NCBI RefSeq assembly: GCF_964204645.1
Contig: NC_134025.1
Coordinates: forward strand, 11,966,001 to 12,030,000
DNA length: 64,000 nucleotides
Direction: 5' to 3'
DNA from: Tubulanus polymorphus
Taxonomy: Eukaryota; Animalia; Nemertea
Shown here: positions 1 to 12,730 of the stretch, piece after piece
Layout: each line of letters starts with the position of its first letter
Position numbering within the stretch: the stretch's first letter is position 1
Made by a program: the position numbers and the translations under genes
Notes under the pieces: model-generated
What the model was told of the DNA's origin: nothing
What the model saw: only the letters and a program-made list of their open reading frames with translations
Database searches by the model: none

Positions 1-644
1 TTGTCAAGCATTTCACCATATGGCTTAAAATCAAGTCATTGAAGAGTGCAAAAACTGTTAACTGCAGAAGACTCTTAGAAAAAGCTACAGGATTCAATCA
101 TCATCCCAAGCAGCTGAAGTTGAATTATTTATCCGGGTAAAGAAATCATTGTATACTTTTGCTTAATTTTTTCAAATGGTTATCATTTCAGAACAATGTC
201 GAAAGGAGAAGGGTGCGAAAGAGGCCAACATAAGACATGCCATAACTCAAAGATTTATAAAATTTATGAAGATGAATAAATCAGTTAGTATGGAAAATGT
301 GAATTTCTTGAGTATGTTCATTCTAAACAGCACATGGATTAAGGAGATTTCCTCACATGGTGGTTTGATTTGAATTCAACAAAAAATGGCAATTGAAGAC
401 ACATGTATTTAGCGTGTAAGACACGTGTAATATTGGATGAAATACACGTGTAATTAGGATAAAGTACACGTGTAATACAAGATGAAAAACACGTGCAATA
501 AGGATGAAGTACACGTGTAATTAGGATGAAGTACACGTGTAATTTGGATGAAGTACACGTGTAAAATTGGGCAAATTTTACACGTGTACTTGAAATACAC
601 GTGTATTTTCATTTACAATTACACGTGTACCATTTTCGTAAGGG
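1..644. mobile_element. Right end of an EnSpm/CMC-like DNA transposon with TACACGTGTA subterminal repeats, in a CFAP61 intron
   Basis: About 10 copies of (T)ACACGTGT(A) between 400 and 630. Ends CATTTTCGTAAGGG at 644, matching the terminus (...TTTTGTAAGGG) of the complete related element at 9201-11348. The left end lies outside the window. Confidence 0.6.
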
Positions 645-1156
645 TCTTAACTGCTAGAGTCTAAGCATAAATAATTCATAAAGATTTCAAGGCCTACTCA
701 TTACTTTGCAGTTGCTAGAGTCATTTGATGATTTTAACTGATCTTTTATTTTGGGACTAAGAAAAATACCATGAGAATACTATGTTTGTGACAATAGACA
801 TAGAATCCGACTTTGGAATACAAATTTTCTTAAAATAGAGGAAAAATCTGGACCATCGATATTCATCCGATATAAGCAATTATCTGACTTTCACCGATCT
901 GACTTACGCAAGGTTTACTGGAAATAAATAACTCAGATATGGCATGCTAACCAAATAGTTAAGGACATGATTCTAAATATCATCGATTATTCATATATAC
1001 CAGCATTCTTATTCTGTATAACGTGAAGCATTTTAGAAAATAAGGTATATGTATAAGTTTTACTGATAATCATAAATAGTTTTTGCATATCAAACCACAA
1101 AGAGCTTTGATGACAAAGCATTACTGGGTAATTATCAATCACTGCAATATAGATAC

Positions 1157-4100
1157 CTTGTTCCAAGCATTTGATCACGCAATTCATCTGGAGGTAGCTC
1201 CCCAGGTAGACCATGAGGGGAGATGAGAGTTAGATTGTTGAATCTCAGGTGTGGACTGAAATGCAAAGAAAAATTATTTCATTTTAATATCTAATCACGT
1301 GCTTCCCAGATTCTTAAATCCATTTTAACTGGTGATAAATGAAGAGTTCCATAATGAAAATTTTGAAATTCTTTCATATTAGTCTGAGACCAAAATGTTT
1401 CATTAGGTTGAATAGCAATGCCTGGTCCACCTGATGATGACTGTTGCTCAACAACTGAAATGTTGTCGTTTCATTTCAACGAATCTACAAAATTACTAGT
1501 CATAAATCTAAAACTGCCGCACTTTTCATTTATCAAGATTGATTTCTTTCCTGGCACTCACCAGAATGTGATAGCTTCTAAAAAGCCCAAACCAACGTCT
1601 GATGCTCCGACAACAACAATTCTTGCATTAATGGTAACCTATAGAATAAATAATACAGTCAAACTAGCTTAAATGTCATTGCTTTACTTAACCCTTTCAG
1701 TGCGTCTACACCGCAGTGCGGTGTATAAATCAGTGATGGATTTTGCTAGTACACCGCACTGCGGTGTATTGATGTAATTAGTAATTTGTAATTATCTCTA
1801 TTGAAAAATGGCAGCAAGTGTCAAACATAGTGAAATACTAGTAACTAACGATACACCGCACTGCGGTGTAGACGCACTATAGTGGTATTCCCATTGTTCA
1901 ACACACTAGGGTGGAATTTTTTAGAATTTTCAAATTTTCTCCAGCACTATAGGGTATTAATTAGTCAGCACTGAAAGGGTTAAGTCATCTCTGCAAGATC
2001 AAATTTGTACTTCATATTCCATTCGCTTAGTGTAAATCATTTGTTTTTTGTCCACAATCCCGAGATAAAAAACATGGAGGGTGCCAGCTCTAACATTAGA
2101 TGCGTACTTTTGCCGAATGATGTTGATTATAACTCCTGAATGTATTTCATTCCAGAATACAGTCGATGGAAATCTGGTTCATATCGCTATGCGTGCCTCG
2201 TATTTAGTATGGATAATGCTATCTCAGTTTACCTTGGGTTCTAAAGTTAACTTCCTGTTGATATGATTCAGCGCGTACGGTGTCTGATTCTGCAGAACCC
2301 GGCGAGCCGGTGCATTGCGACCAAGGATTTCCAGTGGGTAGTCGATCTGTCGTCTCGCTCGCACCGGTACCATATCATTCAATGCAGAAACCAATGAGTG
2401 TTTACTAACAACCTTGAACAAAGTAAATATTGAGTATCAAAAAACTAAGTCAACAGTTTGAATTGTTGAAGTAAAGATGGCAAAAAATGTTTATACTCTA
2501 TATCAATTTGGAAGATAGTTGTGTGCATAGATAAAAGTTCATGCGGTTCAAAACATAATCTGGATAGCTACTGGAGCCATGTTACCATGTTACAAAACTG
2601 GCTTCGAGTATTTCCTATCATGAAGGACAAGGTCATTCATTTACCTGTTCTGAGGCATAAGGTGCATGCACTGGATGATATAGACAGCTTTTGTGTGATA
2701 ATCGAAGAATTTCCTGAAAGGGAAAACATCGAACATGGTCAAAAATGAACAATAAAACTGAATCTTTCAGAGGCAATCTTTTCAATATCGCTACACAAAT
2801 TCAGATTAAATCATACCTTAAGAAATTGCTTTGAAAGATGGTTGAATATAGGATTCATAGCAAAGTGATGCAAGTGTCCATGTTCCTGGCGTTTATGGTG
2901 GTTGAAGTAGATAAAATCTTCTATGTTATAATGGGAACGGATGTATTCGATGTTATCCTCACGCCGTACAATTGCTATACCCACAATTTGCTTCATACAT
3001 TCGGCGACATACGCTTGAATTGGAGTGCCATCCTAATTTTCAATGTAAAACATCAACACCGTTTCAATTACTGCAGCTTTGAAACTTGAGATCAGTAAAT
3101 CTGATTTTCATTACTCATTAATGGCTTTGTCCAAGATGAAATGAATCAGATTTTTTTATTTATATCACAATTTTTGCTTTGATAAATCGCTAATCTGACC
3201 TTTTGTTGCAATTTGTTCCCAGTTAAGCCCAATTTTGAGTTATATTGACCTGACTATAGTGAGCTTCAAATAAATTGATTATGACTGTATTTAACTCAAA
3301 GCAAACAAATAACAATGCCGAGTATATGTAATTACAGTGAAATAAATTTGCTAGTAGACTCCACCCATAGTGGGTGTGCCGGGACCAGTATTATATAGAT
3401 TTTTTTGTTTTTTCATACTGACAGAGCAGGGATAGAAAATCGTTTTGTAACCTATTTTACCAGTTAAACCCTTTCAGCAGTACTGCTACAGATGGAGCCT
3501 ACAGTAAATTGGAATAGTAAATGTAATCACACTGACTGGTGTAAAAAGTACCAGTCTTAAACATAAGTATTTAATTCATCTACTTACGTCGTCTCGACGG
3601 GCTTTATTGAATTGGTTCAGATCATCCAGTATATTCGTCTGTAACTCCAAAGTGCCAACAAGCTTTTCAATGGCTGGCATATCAGACGTACATGCAATAC
3701 GAACACCAAAAGTTCTGTAAGTAAATGACCAAAATTCAGCTATGGAAAGTGTACTTCATGTTAGCTTAGGTCTATGCAATAATTTGAATAAACTGATTGA
3801 TTCGCCAAATAAAGTCTAAGAAACTTACGTGATGAGTCCAGATTTGTTGAAAACATACAACTCTTGAGACAAGACACTAGGTACCCTCGGAGTTACTCTC
3901 TGTGAATCACAGAATGCATTCATTTATACAACAAATACAAATACAAATACAAATATATGTACAATATACCTATCAGAGGAAATTATATAGGCATAGGTAA
4001 TCTATACTGCATGAATACTTACAACAAATTGTTGAAGTAGGGGAAATTCTGGAACCATGTGCGGTACAGTGACTAGGGCGAAATCTTGTGAGGGCAACAA

Positions 4101-7100
4101 CTCAAATGCCTTGCTGAGAAAATCAACTGATCTGAAAAAAGAGAAGTTCAATCACGTACATCTATCGTGCTGGAAAAATAAGAAAAGGTTTTGTTCAATT
4201 GTTAGAGATTCGACAAAAAATGCCAAGATGAAAAATCTAAAAATTTCAAATTCAGAACTTGTCATAAGCTTAAAGTTAAACTTTGCGGTCTGGTAACGAA
4301 ATATTCATAGAGCCCAACATAAAATGAAAATACACGTTACAATGCCATTTAAAGCTCTGGTGAAGATATGCTAAAGCCAATGACCTTGAATATCCCCACA
4401 ATCATAGAACACATCATGATCACCAATTTTGCTAATGATTGTCATCAAGAAATATGCATAGAATTCAAATTTCAGTAAATACCTCATTTCGTATCGTTCG
4501 TCAATACAGAACAGCTGAATTGAAAAGGCGTTCGGATCACCAAAATATTCAGGAACAAATCGTTTCTGTACTCGCGCCTGTGGTGTTTGGAGTTTAGGAG
4601 TGACCAATGTTGACACACCAGACTAAAAGATAGTGAAAATTATCATCATCACAGTGAGAAGTATGTTTAAAATTGCTACAAATTAAGTCAGATAATTCTC
4701 TCATTTTTGTTCACGTTCACTCTAGAAGGAAGATCATGTTACCTCTCCATGTTCCGATCTAAATGAGTACACCGATGGTGGAGGACTGACTGCAGACTTG
4801 GCGGACGCTACATCTTCAGCCCCTGTTTCACTAGCCCAGCTACCTCGACTTCCAGCCATATGAGATTCACTTAGTTTACGTCGAACTTTTGGATCTGCTT
4901 GTGTACTTGCTGTAATGTACCATTTATAGAACTGATAAACTTATGAGGAGATATTCTTCAGTAGTAGTTCTGACAACGAAATTATGTTAATACATGATTT
5001 GACAATAATAAGATGCGTGAAATGCACAGATTTTTCTTGAATTTAGAGCACTTCAAAATGGAATAGATCTAGGCTCTATGCTTATCCATCGAAAATGCTT
5101 TATGATTGAATCTAATAAAGGATTTATGGTCTTCTAACTTCTTCTAAGAATGAGGAAAAAGTATTTAGATAGTTACATACAATTGATTACTGGCATCCTA
5201 ACCATAGAATAGAATTTAATACACATTAAATTCCTTTACCTTTAGAAGCTTGTGCTGCACTTTCAACGCTTCCTTCTCTGGATTTTCTTCCTTCAACATC
5301 AGTTGCTTCATCCTCAACTGGCTGATCTTTTGTTCCACTAACTGATTGTGTTCCAGAACCAGCAGATTTTAAAGAAGAAGCACTGGATGTCCGAGAGTGT
5401 TGGGCAGCTGGGACAACGGCTATGCATATAAAAAATTTAAAAAATTACCTAAAATTATTTAATTTCTGTCACAAATAACACATATTTTCTTTTCACCCAG
5501 AAGATGGTATAGAAAAGTTAACTACAAAAAATCTTACAGGGAGGTGGAGATGGAGTTGGAGTCTTTGGAGGTGTAGTAATGTCATCCTCATGTTCTTTCC
5601 TTAAACCATGGAATGGGCCAAGTTCAAAGCACTCGTTCAATAAACTGTAGTTAACATCTTTACAAATACTCATAAAGCCGATTGCAGTTCCTTCAACCTG
5701 AAAATTTAGTCATGACTGTAACTTTTGTTTGCATTTTCAGTGCAAATCCTCTAGCATTTTAGGACATGTAGATACATTTTCTAGCATCCATTGACATTAT
5801 ATATGAGTTCAAATTTTTGGATATGTGATGTGAAAGAAAATATGTGAACATAATGTTGCACATCATTAGATGTACAATATCTTGGGCCTAACTCTTGCTG
5901 CCATTGCTCAAATCACTATTCCATGCCCTTGAATTAGAAAAATTACATCTATCTTATGAGTACCTCAGCTACTAAACACTGCATTTTGTCATCCTGCGCT
6001 TCAATCAATTCCGCAAGGAAATAATCACCATATGTCTTTTTCAGCATATCGCTCTGACGATTGAAAATTGGGGTCAAATCATCATGATCTTGAACCCTAT
6101 AACAAATCGACTGAATCACATCAAATTTAGGTTTGAGCAACAATTGAGAATGATATCATGACAAAGATTTCTCAAAGAAACTATTCTTTTCCCAGCAATA
6201 AATTCATTAGCTTTAGGCCTATACCCGGTATAGAAATTTCTGTTGTTAATATAATTGTATATAGGCCTGTTCATTAATATATTCAAAATAGATTAAATGT
6301 AAATAATCTAGTATCTTGTTTATTTGCATCTATTCAAACTCATTACCTGGCATGTCTGATGTAGAGTACTGGAGCATGGTCATGCCTGTAGCAACCAAAA
6401 ACAACTGAACCTTCCGGCGGGGGAGCCCCCTCTTTTTTGTCAAGTGGAACAAATATATCAGCCAATGCCGACTCTGAAAATGAAGTTATAGTCCTAAACG
6501 AATTGTCAATACATTTTTTCAATGACATAGTCCACGAATACTCAACTACATCAACCAAAGCCCTAAAGCCTTAAGGAGGTTTTAAAGGAGGTTTTGAAAA
6601 AAGTACCCTTGTTCAATGTTCAAGAGGGATGATGCATAGGATTTCGTTGTATAATGGGTGCAAATAAACCATCCTAACTTGCCATGGTGTGATTGCCTCA
6701 CACCAAAGCTCACGCAAATACACAGACTGGCCGTAAACCCTGTATTGTTCTATAACACCGCCTAAGATTTCTTGGGCTGACAGGTTGCTGCTTAGTGGCC
6801 ACCAATCTAGCCAATCAAATGATTGAAAAAGCAAAAAACAATACATCTGATTGGCTTTATCCATTGGCTTTGTACATCCTAGCTACATGGCTGCAACTTA
6901 AGTGTAGTAGATCAACAAAGGATCTGCATCCAGGACTTGTACTGGCATGAGCTTTGACAGGAGGTTATCAAACCCTGGCAAGCGATGATAAAATAACCTT
7001 ATTTCCAGGAATGCAAAATTGATATTAGATACCTGGATAAACACCCATTGGAACAACCACGTAACAATAGTGAAGTTCGGGAACAGCGTTGAATATGGTG

Positions 7101-8161
7101 CGAATGATTTCCTTGGCACAACCATGCGCGTACTCTTCCTTCGCAACAAAGAAGTGCATAAACAATGAATTGATGGCATTCGATCTTTCGCTGTTGTAAT
7201 GATTATTCATCCATGTTTCCCATGCGGCCGGATCAACGTCGCGAAGATTTGGATAGTCATAAAATGCAGCATGTCCGAGCAGTTCATCTTTTTCGTTACT
7301 CAATGTAACAGCGAGAACTGCTTTTTCACTGAAATGAAATGCCTGAAATGTTTTAAGATCAACATTTCAACCGTTCAAGTTTTAAGATCAAGTGGAGCAG
7401 ACATAGTAGGAGAAATGTTGGATATCAGTTTTTTTTATATCTTATGAACAAAAAAGTATTTGATCAGGGGAGATGAGAATTAAATTGTTGAATTGATGTG
7501 GACTGAAATGAAAAATCACATGCTTCCGTAAACCATGAAACTCAAAGTTCGTGAAGCAGACCCATAGGAATTTAAGTTGTTACGTTATAATGACAAAAGC
7601 AATTGATTAGTTGATTGATAGTTTTGAACAATTATAGAACGATAACCACACTCAAACGTGGTGAACGGATAATAAGATAAAATCCTACTATTTACAGATT
7701 AAAAGAATTTAAAAACCAGAATTTATTTATTCAATCTAAAATATATAAAAGACACAACGTTTCGATCTCACCCTAGAGATCATCGTCAGGTGTGACGCAC
7801 CTGACGATGTATTCATTTTTTTCAATTATGTATTCATTTTTTGTCACTGCTAAAAAAACTATCCTGTCACTGAGAATTTCCACAGCCCCATAAGTAGCAG
7901 ACAAAAAGTCCAAGACAGTGTGCGCTGTTCACATAATCTATTTCATTGGATGTGGTGAATAGACCTATAGGATTATGAGAATAAAGTCTAATTAGTGAAT
8001 CAATGGATGGAAACCTACATAACATTAACGACGTTGACTCTACCAAAAAGCAATTCGGTTGATGGCGTTATCAACTTCTGAATATCTGGAGCATCAAGGG
8101 ATTCGGTCCTTCGAGCATTTATCACTTCGGTTGGACCACTAGGAGAATATATAGTCGTCAT
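1157..8161 (-). CDS. CFAP61: Cilia- and flagella-associated protein 61, 5' part of a multi-exon gene continuing beyond the left edge
   Basis: ATG at 8161: MTTIYSPSGPTEVINARRTESLDAPDIQKLI..., spliced to EKAVLAVTLSNEKDELLGHAAFYDYPN...NSLFMHFFVAKEEYAHGCAKEIIRTIFNAVPELHY (7033-7328), HAPVLYIRHAR|VQDHDDLTPIF, NAFSIQLFCIDERYE, YALNHINRKLTLEPK|VTINARIVVVGASDVG (1562-1638) and CPHLRFNNLTLISPHGLPG (1157-1255). These match my recollection of CFAP61. About 15 GT-AG exons; phases are consistent where checked. Confidence 0.93.
1692..1979. mobile_element. piggyBac-type MITE
   Basis: TTAA|CCCTTTCAGTGC ... GCACTGAAAGGG|TTAA (TTAA TSD, CCC termini), with internal ACACCGCACTGCGGTGT hairpins. Related copies at about 58437-58640 and 63780-64000. 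Confidence 0.85.
7745..7810 (-). mobile_element. Penelope-like pLTR remnant with a minimal hammerhead-ribozyme-like core
   Basis: Minus strand reads CTGACGA-T-GATCTC-TAGGGT-GAGATC-GAAACGTTG: CUGANGA and GAAA boxes flanking a perfect 6-bp stem II. Adjacent 12-bp inverted repeat CATCGTCAGGTG/CACCTGACGATG. Confidence 0.55.
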
Positions 8162-8283
8162 GATTCAGTTTTCCTGGAAAGAAAAACACCAACGATAAAG
8201 AGAAACACATATAACAAGATTTATTGGGAGTGAGTCGGTCTCAAAAATGGATTTGAAAATTTTGTTCGTAAAAATGAAGGAGC

Positions 8284-8403
8284 CAGTTGCTCAAAAGTTG
8301 GTTAGAGTTAACCAGTGGATAGTTGACACAGTGACAATTCAAAATGCATTGTTACTATGGTATCTACCCACCAGTTGTCTTTTAACCAACCTTTGAGCAA
8401 CTG
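8284..8403. mobile_element. Small MITE
   Basis: Inverted ends CAGTTGCTCAAAAGTTGGTTA ... TAACCAACCTTTGAGCAACTG. Confidence 0.6.
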
Positions 8404-9056
8404 AAAACTGATTGTGAAATCCATAGCAAAAATCTGATGCTCGTATAAAGGCCTCAAAAGAAGACATTTAAACAAGCGACATGTAAATTGGATATGGTTA
8501 AAAAAATGGTGGTTCAGTTTTACTGATCATCTTTAGGCCTACTGAGACAGACGGCGAAACTTTGTCATGGGTCTGTACGCCATGCATGAACAAGTATTTG
8601 GTACCGAATGAAAGTTACCGGTACTGCCCTTGTGTATGTTTAAGGATCAAGTTTTTGCCAAAATGATAAAACGATAAATTTTAGATTATCGTTTTATTGT
8701 ACTATCGTTTTATTTATCGTTCCTACAGGATATGAAATCTGAGGGGTATTTGAGGGTTTTTTGAGGGTATGATCACCAAATTTGAGTGTCATTTTTCACA
8801 ATGAATCCTAGCCCTTTACATAAAACAGTACCAGTCGAGTACTTATCAGACCAAGAAAAATAAATTTAGGCGCCAATGCATAACTATATTCGATACTTAA
8901 TTCATTTTAACTGTTGACTTTTTTTTGAGTGAAAGAACTCATCTAGGGTAGGGGGTCAATCATGACTGAAGAGCCTTCTTTCTCCGATAAGCTGCCAGAA
9001 AACCTTCTGTCACAAACTGAACATTTGATTTCAGCAAGAATTACTTTGACATTCAG

Positions 9057-9155
9057 GGTCGAGTTCCACAGTTCGGAGTTTATAGATTTGACTACGAGTT
9101 AACTCATGGAAAATGAACTAAAACGTTAACTCACATCTGTGGAACTAGGTCCAGC
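9057..9155. mobile_element. Short MITE family (TIR about CTAGTTCCACAG)
   Basis: AGTTCCACAG ... CTGTGGAACTAG with an internal GAGTTAACTC. Related copies at about 32645-32757 and 49817-49920, and a partial copy near 40683. Confidence 0.65.
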
Positions 9156-9200
9156 TCAACTAGGAACTTCCAGTAACTGTTTTTTCAACTCCTGGACGAA

Positions 9201-11348
9201 CCCTTACAAAAAATTCACACATGTTATATGTGTGAATAACACACATCACATGTGTGAAAGGTGTGAAAGACACAGAAAACACATGTGATTCCAGCTATCA
9301 CATGTGTGATCTGTGTTGTGGAGCATATCACATGTGTGAATAACACATGATCACATGTGTGATTCCGAAATACATGTGTGATTGAGAAATACATGTGTGA
9401 TTCACACATGTGATTGGCTCAACAACACAGATCACATGTGTAACCGCTAGGATCACACGTGTCATTAGAATAACACATGTGATTAACATCAGTTATTCCA
9501 ATCTACAACACAGTGTGAATATTTCGGATATGAACCATTCCCATGTTGGTTCCAAATTCTGAACATCTGCATTTTAGTCATAGAATCCATGTTGGAATAA
9601 GAATATTTCCATAACTGTACTCATTATTTCAACATTTTCAACACATGGTTAGATTTTATCTAACACTGACACCCTACTGTGCAAAAACCAAGAACCAATG
9701 TCCACGGACTAGTGAGTTTGTATTTTCATTCGGCTTAATAAATAAAATAAGGTTATGATATGTTTTTACATTCGCTGTTGAGTTCTAAAAAAATATTAAT
9801 ATTCAAAAACGACTTCGAAAAATTAGCAGGTATTTACGGGATTCGAACCGTTGACGACGGCTAGCAAAGGACTTGGAATGAGCATGCAGGCACGTACGGC
9901 GCCATTTGCAATTATTTCGAGGATAGTCGTTGCTGTTTTTAATCAATTTTCATGGTTAATTTCTTAGTTCGAAAAGTCTGGTGTTCGAATCCAAGCTCAA
10001 AAGCAAGTATTATTGTGTTTCATCAAATATTCATAGTCGATGATGTTAATTGAATGTACTGTAATCGGTAAAATCAGTGGCGTGTACCAATCAATCAATT
10101 AAATCAAATTCATCCAAACTTTATTTCATGGACATGATTGATGCATTACAAATATTTCATGATTGATGCATGCAAAGTACAACATGTCCATGCCTAACAA
10201 GTAGGCCTAGATTACACCATGAACTATTTCTAAATCACGATATGTCCAGGAATAAGACACTCGTTTGCATACTATATTGTATAATTCCTAAACTGAATGC
10301 TCAGCCGGTATTGAACAGTATTTGCCAATTCTTTCTACATTGGAATGAATCATTTACAAATTAAAATGGAATTTTCCGTTATTAATCTAGGGAGTCAGTA
10401 CATTTCCTCGAGTAGTAATTTATCTACACGGAGAATGAAACGTATACTTTCAGCCGGAACAAATTACTGAAAAAGAGGTTTTTAGTCCTGTTAATGTTAT
10501 GGTAAGTGTTGATTGAAAAAATTTATAAGCTAGTGTTACAATAGCGCCATTTTTCGTCTAGTTTCAATAATGTAACTTTGGCTTTTTTCATCAGATGATT
10601 GATATTAGGGATATTGCTTTTTTCATCAGATGATTGATATTAGGGATATTGATTTATTGTTTGGAATTGTGTGTAGTATTTAAATGTTTTATAATTTTGT
10701 CTCATTCCAGATCATGTTCTGAATTGTAGATTGGGGGTTACCGCTGCCCAAATTGGAAAGAAGATTGGACAATACTGAAACAGTATAAATTGACGAAGTA
10801 AATCTGTACATATTTGAAAATAAAATTCCCATTAACATGTAAGCTTACACAAGTGAGTTATTACATTTGGTTGGTAATCTTGAAACTTCATTTTGTTTTG
10901 CCACTATGCAGATCTCCTTTCAGGCAATGAGTTTTTAGGAAATTGTGAAGTATGGATGAAACATCATGTCCAATGAAGGAAGTGGTCTAATTTTGACCAT
11001 TATGAATGTGTACTTATACTTCTTCTTGAATACAGTCGTGTGGAGCTGGAACAATGAGGATGACTGCAGATCACATGCGTTATAAATCACACATGACTGC
11101 GTTATATGACATGTGTGATTTACATTCAGGGCTGTATCACACGTGTGATTCACATGTGTAAAAATGGGACAAAATCACATGTGTGATTTAGAAAATCACA
11201 CATGTGATACAGCTTGAATGTGAATCACATGTGTGATTCACATGTGTAAAAATGGGACAAAATCACACGTGTGATTCACATACAGAATCACACGTGTGAT
11301 TCACATACAGAATCACATGTGTGATAATGTCCCATTTTTTTGTAAGGG
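9201..11348. mobile_element. Non-autonomous EnSpm/CMC-like DNA transposon
   Basis: TIR CCCTTACAAAAAA / TTTTTTGTAAGGG flanked by AA on both sides (2-bp TSD). Dense CACATGTG/CACGTGTG subterminal arrays at about 9215-9485 and 11070-11325. No transposase ORF. Confidence 0.72.
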
Positions 11349-11704
11349 AATATGTCTAATTGATTCTTTGCAAACAAATAAGCCCTCCAAAATAATTGAG
11401 ATAAAGTTAGTCTGGACACTTGGAGATGATAACAAGGCCTATAGCCCACTTATGACCATTATTTAAACTAATCTGGCCAACATGACAAAGCAGTAAAAGC
11501 CAATCCAGTGTGTACGCAGCAATTAAACTGAACTACTGTGATAATCATCAAACAACACAATGCATTCATTCCTGTCTCATTACAATTCATGATGTAGGGG
11601 CCTACATTGAATGTTTGAAGAAAGGTCCTTTAGAAATAGGTGATACAAAATTCTCAAACAATTTTCAGAATTTGAGGGGATTTTGAGGGGCCAAGGGCAA
11701 ATTA

Positions 11705-12250
11705 ATACAAAATATTACGGAAATACCATGTGCTGATATTGTTTATTTATCCGCTATAAAGTTCCGCAGGTGCGATGCCTTACTACATAAAAATAACAAG
11801 TGATGAAACGGATTCGTATTTGCCTGTGACCGTATTGATGCGTGGAAACCCCTGCGCATGCGTGGCAACTTTCCAAAGTTCATGATCAGTTCAAGTTCAA
11901 TTGATTTTTCTCAAAAACCTCTGTCTAGCCAAGACAATCACACGTCAAAGGAAAGTATCAATTTTAGAAATGATGCATAAAAACTATAATATTTGTGTAC
12001 TTTGATTGACAGCTCACTAGTGCTCGCTCGGAAGTTGCCACGCATGCTCAGTGGTTTCTGCCGCATCAATATGGTCACAGGCAAATACAAAGCCATTTCA
12101 TCCATTGTTATTTTTATATAGGCCTAAGCTTAATAAGGTGTTGCGCCCGCCTGATACTGATCCTTAACAACCAATTGTTTAACGGAACTTTATAGGCCTA
12201 GCAGATAAATAAACAATATCAAGACAGGTATTACGTGATATTTTAAATTC
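11705..12250. mobile_element. MITE with long (about 150-200 bp) inverted repeats
   Basis: TTTGCCTGTGACCGTATTGATGCG...GGCAACTT is mirrored by AAGTTGCC...CGCATCAATATGGTCACAGGCAAA. A second copy in opposite orientation lies at about 22655-23040. Confidence 0.75.
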
Positions 12251-12717
12251 TTTTGCGGTTCAAATTTAGCACCATTCTCGTGAGATTAACCCGGAAATAA
12301 AATCAAGCCTCTGGCTCTGGCCCTGTGAACGGGAGTGAATTAAACACAATTTACTTTGCCATGTACGGCTAAATATGCACTACGTTATTGTTTGGTAAAT
12401 TGTCATGCCGTCTGCAATCTTTGTGAGTGAGACAGAGTCACAGTCAGAATTCAGCAGCAGATTCTGCACTGACAGCAGCCAGTCAGTCAGTCAGTCAGAG
12501 ACAGAGTCAGTCAGGAATTAAGGGGAGTCAGGCCTATTATTACTTACGACATAAAATTGTTGGCAAAACCGTTCAGAATTCTTCAAAATCCTTTAAAATA
12601 TCGTGTCATGGTATGGTTGGATGTGATATTGTATAAAGTGACTAAAACAACAGACCTTTTAATGAAGATGGTGTTGATCGCGTAGCCTAGGCCTAGACCG
12701 TCGCCATATTGTTATTC

Positions 12718-12730
12718 GTTTCCCGGCAAC
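12718..12730. promoter_or_regulatory. RFX X-box in the CFAP61 5' region
   Basis: GTTTCC-C-GGCAAC fits the X-box consensus GTNRCC/GTTNCC(N0-3)RGYAAC. A second imperfect site, GTTGCTCCGGAAAT, is near 12776. A candidate first-exon donor (GTAAGT, minus) is at 12542-12547. Confidence 0.65.

Noticed and set aside
9215-9485. CACATGTG repeat arrays (also 400-630 and 11070-11325) as CRISPR arrays
   Set aside because: The repeats are 8-12 bp with irregular short spacers, sit inside TIRs of a eukaryotic transposon, and have no cas genes nearby.
10581-10652. 34-bp tandem duplication (and the 23-bp one near 39155)
   Set aside because: Simple two-copy slippage duplications with no further structure.
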